A stretch of 63,879 nucleotides of DNA, counting the filler, from Folioceros fuciformis (taxonomy: Eukaryota), in the NCBI GenBank assembly GCA_049999805.1. It is 7 parts of 7 records of this genome, joined end to end, with 100 filler letters (N's around TTAATTAATTAA, not from the genome) between each part and the next. Parts side by side here need not be neighbours in the genome. Positions count along the whole stretch, not along the records: positions 47,305 to 60,709 come from JBNGIO010003317.1; positions 60,810 to 62,242 come from JBNGIO010003319.1; positions 62,343 to 63,879 come from JBNGIO010003321.1; 4 more parts are not named here. The stretch is one strand, 5' to 3'. This document shows positions 60,119-63,879 of the stretch, in pieces. How positions within the stretch are numbered: position 1 is the first letter of the stretch; each line of letters begins with the position of its first letter. The notes under the pieces are model-generated. The model was not told the DNA's origin. It saw only the letters and a list, made by a program, of their open reading frames with translations, and made no database searches. The translations under genes were made by a program, and so were the position numbers.

Positions 60119-60709
60119 TCACTTGGCCATCATAACCTTAACGAAGTCCTCGTAGTTGATGAGCCCATCTCCGTCCACCTCGGCCTCCTTGATCATGTCA
60201 TCAACCTCGGCTTCTGTGAGCCTTTCGCCCAAGCTGGTCATAACATGCCTCAATTCGGCAGCGGCAATGAAGCCATTTTGCTCTTTGTCGAACACCCGGA
60301 ACGCCTCCTTGAGCTCCTCCTCCGTATCCTTGTCCTTCATTTTCTTCCCCATCAATCTCAAAAAATCTGGAAACTCAACAGTGCCGTTGCTGTCCGGATC
60401 TATGTCAGCGATTATGTCGGCAAGCTCCGCATTGGTGGGGTTCTGGCCGAGGGAGCGCATCACCGTCCCCATCTCCAGCGTTGTAATCTTTCCTGCAAAT
60501 TGGGAAGGAGGTCAGAAATGCTTTGGCAGGTTGAATTCCCACTTCCTGATTTTGTTAGCAAGCAGGTCGCTGGAGGGGCATCTACCATCGCCATCTTTGT
60601 CAAATAGGCAAAAGGCCTCAGTGAACTCCTCGATCTGGTCTTCTGTAAGCTGCTCTTCTGGAGGCACCACTGGCGGCACCACCGGGGCTGCTTTGGGTGG
60701 CGGCGCCGA
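60119..60709 (-). CDS. CML: Calmodulin-like protein with Pro-rich N-terminal extension (5' end in gap)
   Basis: [43 protein letters not shown]...KVMMAK*. The intron sits at the conserved CaM Gly position. Confidence 0.93.
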
Positions 60710-60809
60710 NNNNNNNNNNNNNNNNNNNNNNNNNNNNNNNNNNNNNNNNNNNNTTAATTAATTAANNNNNNNNNNNNNNNNNNNNNNNNNNNNNNNNNNN
60801 NNNNNNNNN

Positions 60810-62242
60810 ATCTCTAATAATGTTGACACCAAGTGCATATGTCATTTCTCCTAAATCAGACATTTCATAAAAAGTCTTAAGCTAGCTTTTGATCTCGGCT
60901 AGGAGAGTAAGGGAGTTTGTGGCCATGAATACGTCATCGACGTAGAGCAATAGGTAAAAGATATCATTGCCTGATATTAGGATATACATGCATGCATCGG
61001 CATCACTTTGCCGGAAGCCTCTTTTGATGAGTTTCACATGTATGTCCATATTCCAATTCTTACCAGATTGCTTGAGACCATACAAGCCTTTAATTAGTCT
61101 ACATACCCAATCTTCCTTGCCTTTAACCTCATAACCTTCAGGCTGTTTCATGTAGATTTCTTCTTGAAGACGACCATAGAGATATGCTGTCTTCACATCC
61201 ATCATATGAAGCTCAAGATCATGATGGGCTGTTAAGGCGAAGATTATTCTAACGGAAGCAAACTTTGCCACTGGAGCGAATGTGGCCCATGGCAGGTAAT
61301 CTAAACACCTGGGTAAATCCCCTGGCCACAAGGCGTGCTTTGTATCCCTCAATGGAACCATCTCCTTTTCTCTTAATTTTGAATACCCATTTGCTGGTGA
61401 CTATCTTCCTACCCTTAGATGGCTTAACCAATTCCCATGTAGAGTTGCTAATGAGAGAATTATATTTAGAATCTACAGCTACCTTCCTTAATCTTTTTCA
61501 GGAGAAGAGAAAGCTTGTTTTAAGGTAAGAGGTTCTTCAGGATCTATGGTTGCCTTGTATACAGCTTGTGAGTAAAGTGATACAGGGGGAATAGGATCAT
61601 CAAAAACAGCTAGATATCCTAAAGGAGGTTCCTTCCATCCTGCGGGTCCGGGGATTGCAGGACGGGTTCTTAAGTTGTACCTTTGTGTAGGTTTTGTTGC
61701 ATCTTCCACTGGAGCAGGAACATCAATAGGATCATGGTGCTCCATGTCATTTACTGAAGGGTCATCATACGCTTCATCAAGAGTGTCAACTAGCTCCTCG
61801 GTTTAAATGTTGTCGCCATCTGGTGGTGTTTCATGTGGAATAGATGCTAACTCCTCCTCCTCCTGCATAATAGGTTCAACTACAGGAATATGTAGAGCAG
61901 GAACGGGAAAGTGAGTGATATAATCCATATCATCAAAAGAGGAGGTATCTGAGGGCTCTTCGGAAGGGATGTCCTCAGGGCCGGATGTACCAGCTCCCAC
62001 TAATGGGGAAAATAGGTAAGACTCATGAAAAGTAACACTCCTAGCATATATAAGCTTGCGTGTGGTTGGTTCAAATAGCTTGTAACCTTTGATGCCTTCG
62101 GTGTAGCCAATGAATAGATATTTGGCAGCTTTTGGATCTAACTTCTTGCGTTGTACTTTAGGGATAAAGACATATGCAGGAGATCCAAAAATGTGAAGGT
62201 GATCTATGGAAGGCTTGTTGCCGGTGAATGCTTCATATGGAG
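60810..62242 (-). mobile_element. Ty1/copia pol fragment (integrase C-terminus and RT), frameshifted
   Basis: PYEAFTGNKPSIDHLHIFGSPAY...FIGY...KGYKL; KWVFKIK...YKARLVARGFTQ; MDVKTAYLYG; KGLYGLKQS; YVDD. Confidence 0.95.
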
Positions 62243-62342
62243 NNNNNNNNNNNNNNNNNNNNNNNNNNNNNNNNNNNNNNNNNNNNTTAATTAATTAANN
62301 NNNNNNNNNNNNNNNNNNNNNNNNNNNNNNNNNNNNNNNNNN

Positions 62343-63879
62343 AAGTGGAAGTGTTGAAGTGAGGAGTTGAGCTGAAGTGAGGGGCTGGAAGGTGAAGTGA
62401 AGTGCTGAAGTGAAGAACTGAAGTGCTGAAGTGAAGTGCTGAAGTGGTGGAATGAAGTGTTGAAGCTTGAGTGAGGAGCTAGCTGAAGTTGAGGTTCTCG
62501 TTCAACTGCGGAGGTAGCTAGCACTAGGTGCTGAGAGTTGGAGGCCAGACTTGGGGCTGGAGCCTCCTCTCAGCACTGAAGTGATTGATACTTGGAGCTG
62601 GAAACAAGGGCTGAAGACAATGCTAGAGTTCTCATTTTGTTGAGGCTGGGGTTGGTGTTGTGGTAGGAGCTGAAGATAGGACCGAGAATTCTGATCTATT
62701 GCTGTAGCACTTGGTATATGCTGATAGATAGGGTGAGATTAGAAGGATGTAGGTAACCTTGACATTAGTTCACTCCCTTGGGAGCGAATTATAAGACTGC
62801 AACGATAATAAGGGGAAGTGTGGCCCCTTGGTAGTTCTTGGGTGTGCAAGAAATCACTCCATATTTTGGAGCCGTTGCCGGGGAGTGACATTGCTGTCAA
62901 GGTTTTGAGAGGAGTGACCTAGATAGGGGAATGTACAAGGGAATGTGCCAGGGTTGATGGATGCCCCACACAGGAGCTGAAGGTTTCAACTCTAGCTTTG
63001 AAGGGGGAGCTCAAGCTCAAGTAAGGAGGCAGCAGCAAGTATTGGAGCGTGAGCAAAGAGCAGTGGAGAGGGAGCTAAGGAGGGCACAGCCAGGGCATAC
63101 ACTAGAGAGGAGGAGGAGAGGGGCAAGCAACCAGCAGATCTTGGGGGAATCAATCACGTTGGAACAAGACCCTCAACTTTCAGCTATTGGGGGGAGGCCT
63201 AATCCAAGGCAACCTAATCCAAGTCTACTCCTTAGCCTTCATCCTAGACTGGTGCAGGTGATTAGGAGTGCAGGGGCTGAAGGATTCAGCAACATCAGCC
63301 CAACTCCAGTTGCTGGAGCTGCTGGATCTGCAACTGCAGTGGTGAGTGCAGGCACCATGGCGGCCCTAGCTGTTGCAATGTCCACCAAGCAGTTGTACCC
63401 CTTGTATGGGGAGAAGAAGGGGTATGAGGACCCGGATGAATTTGTGGAGAGGTTTGAGCAGCTGACCCTTGCTAACTAGGAATCAGCGGATGCACAGCGC
63501 ATCCAATTGTTCTATGGTGCACTGCATGGAGGGCCTGCCAAGTGGTACAGGAGAGAGTACCTCAAGGTTGGCACATTTCCAGCAACTTTTGATGTGTTGA
63601 AGAGGGCCTTTTGTGAGCGGTTCAGGGGGATAGACGTAGAGGGCTATGTGCTGTCCAAGCTGGAGGCCTTGAGGAGGAGGAGGAAGGAGACCTTGCAGGC
63701 CTATGTAGAGAGGTTCCACAGCCTGCGGGATCGTTGTGATCTCATTCAGACTTACAAGCCATTAGGTGGTTCGCTGGAGGCTTAGGATCGAGGATGGGGG
63801 GCCATGTGAAATTGTTCGCAGAAAAAGATGTGGACAGGGCTATAAGGGCAGCCCTCAATTATGAGGAGTCTCATCCGTG
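62343..63879 (+). mobile_element. Ty3/gypsy element 5' end (LTR remnant, PBS, gag with stops)
   Basis: LTR-like GAAGTGCT repeats; ...CCA then PBS TGGAGCCGTTGCCGGGGA at 62867-62884 (Athila-type TGGCGCCGTTGCCGGGGA with one mismatch); gag text EDPDEFVERFE..AN*...AKWY...F..LKRAFCERF...ETLQAYVERF. Confidence 0.85.

Noticed and set aside
63477-63479. TAG in gag as programmed readthrough
   Set aside because: It falls where Trp (AN-W) is expected, so TGG>TAG decay is simpler, and another stop follows at 63785.

Overview
Eukaryotic land-plant nuclear DNA, not prokaryotic. It is gene-dense, with short (~80-150 bp) GT-AG introns, GC-rich genes and AT-rich spacers. This fits a compact bryophyte genome such as a hornwort, which is an inference only. 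Six 100-nt gaps carry a TTAATTAATTAA linker, so adjacency across them is unverified. Recognisable genes: ATG101, a fasciclin-like arabinogalactan protein, a long Topors-like RING protein, three intronless single-domain DUF26/Gnk2-like secreted proteins with non-canonical C-X12-C-X2-C spacing, two paralogous small secreted precursors (one ending in PPLPEIP repeats), a CHR-family chromate transporter, BASS4, a class III peroxidase, a class I GH19 chitinase and a calmodulin-like protein. Also present: a tRNA-Ala(AGC) pseudogene, decayed LINEs, Ty1/copia and Ty3/gypsy remnants (some nested), and many local DNA-level duplications (CCCH gene x2, Topors x3, secreted precursor x2, BASS4 x2). Best novelty candidates: the divergent DUF26 trio, the Topors/SR-tail fusion architecture, the land-plant CHR transporter, a gene-derived 45-bp-arm hairpin, and a possible extra (Nudix-like?) domain in both LINE ORF1s. 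All calls are by eye; no database searches were run.
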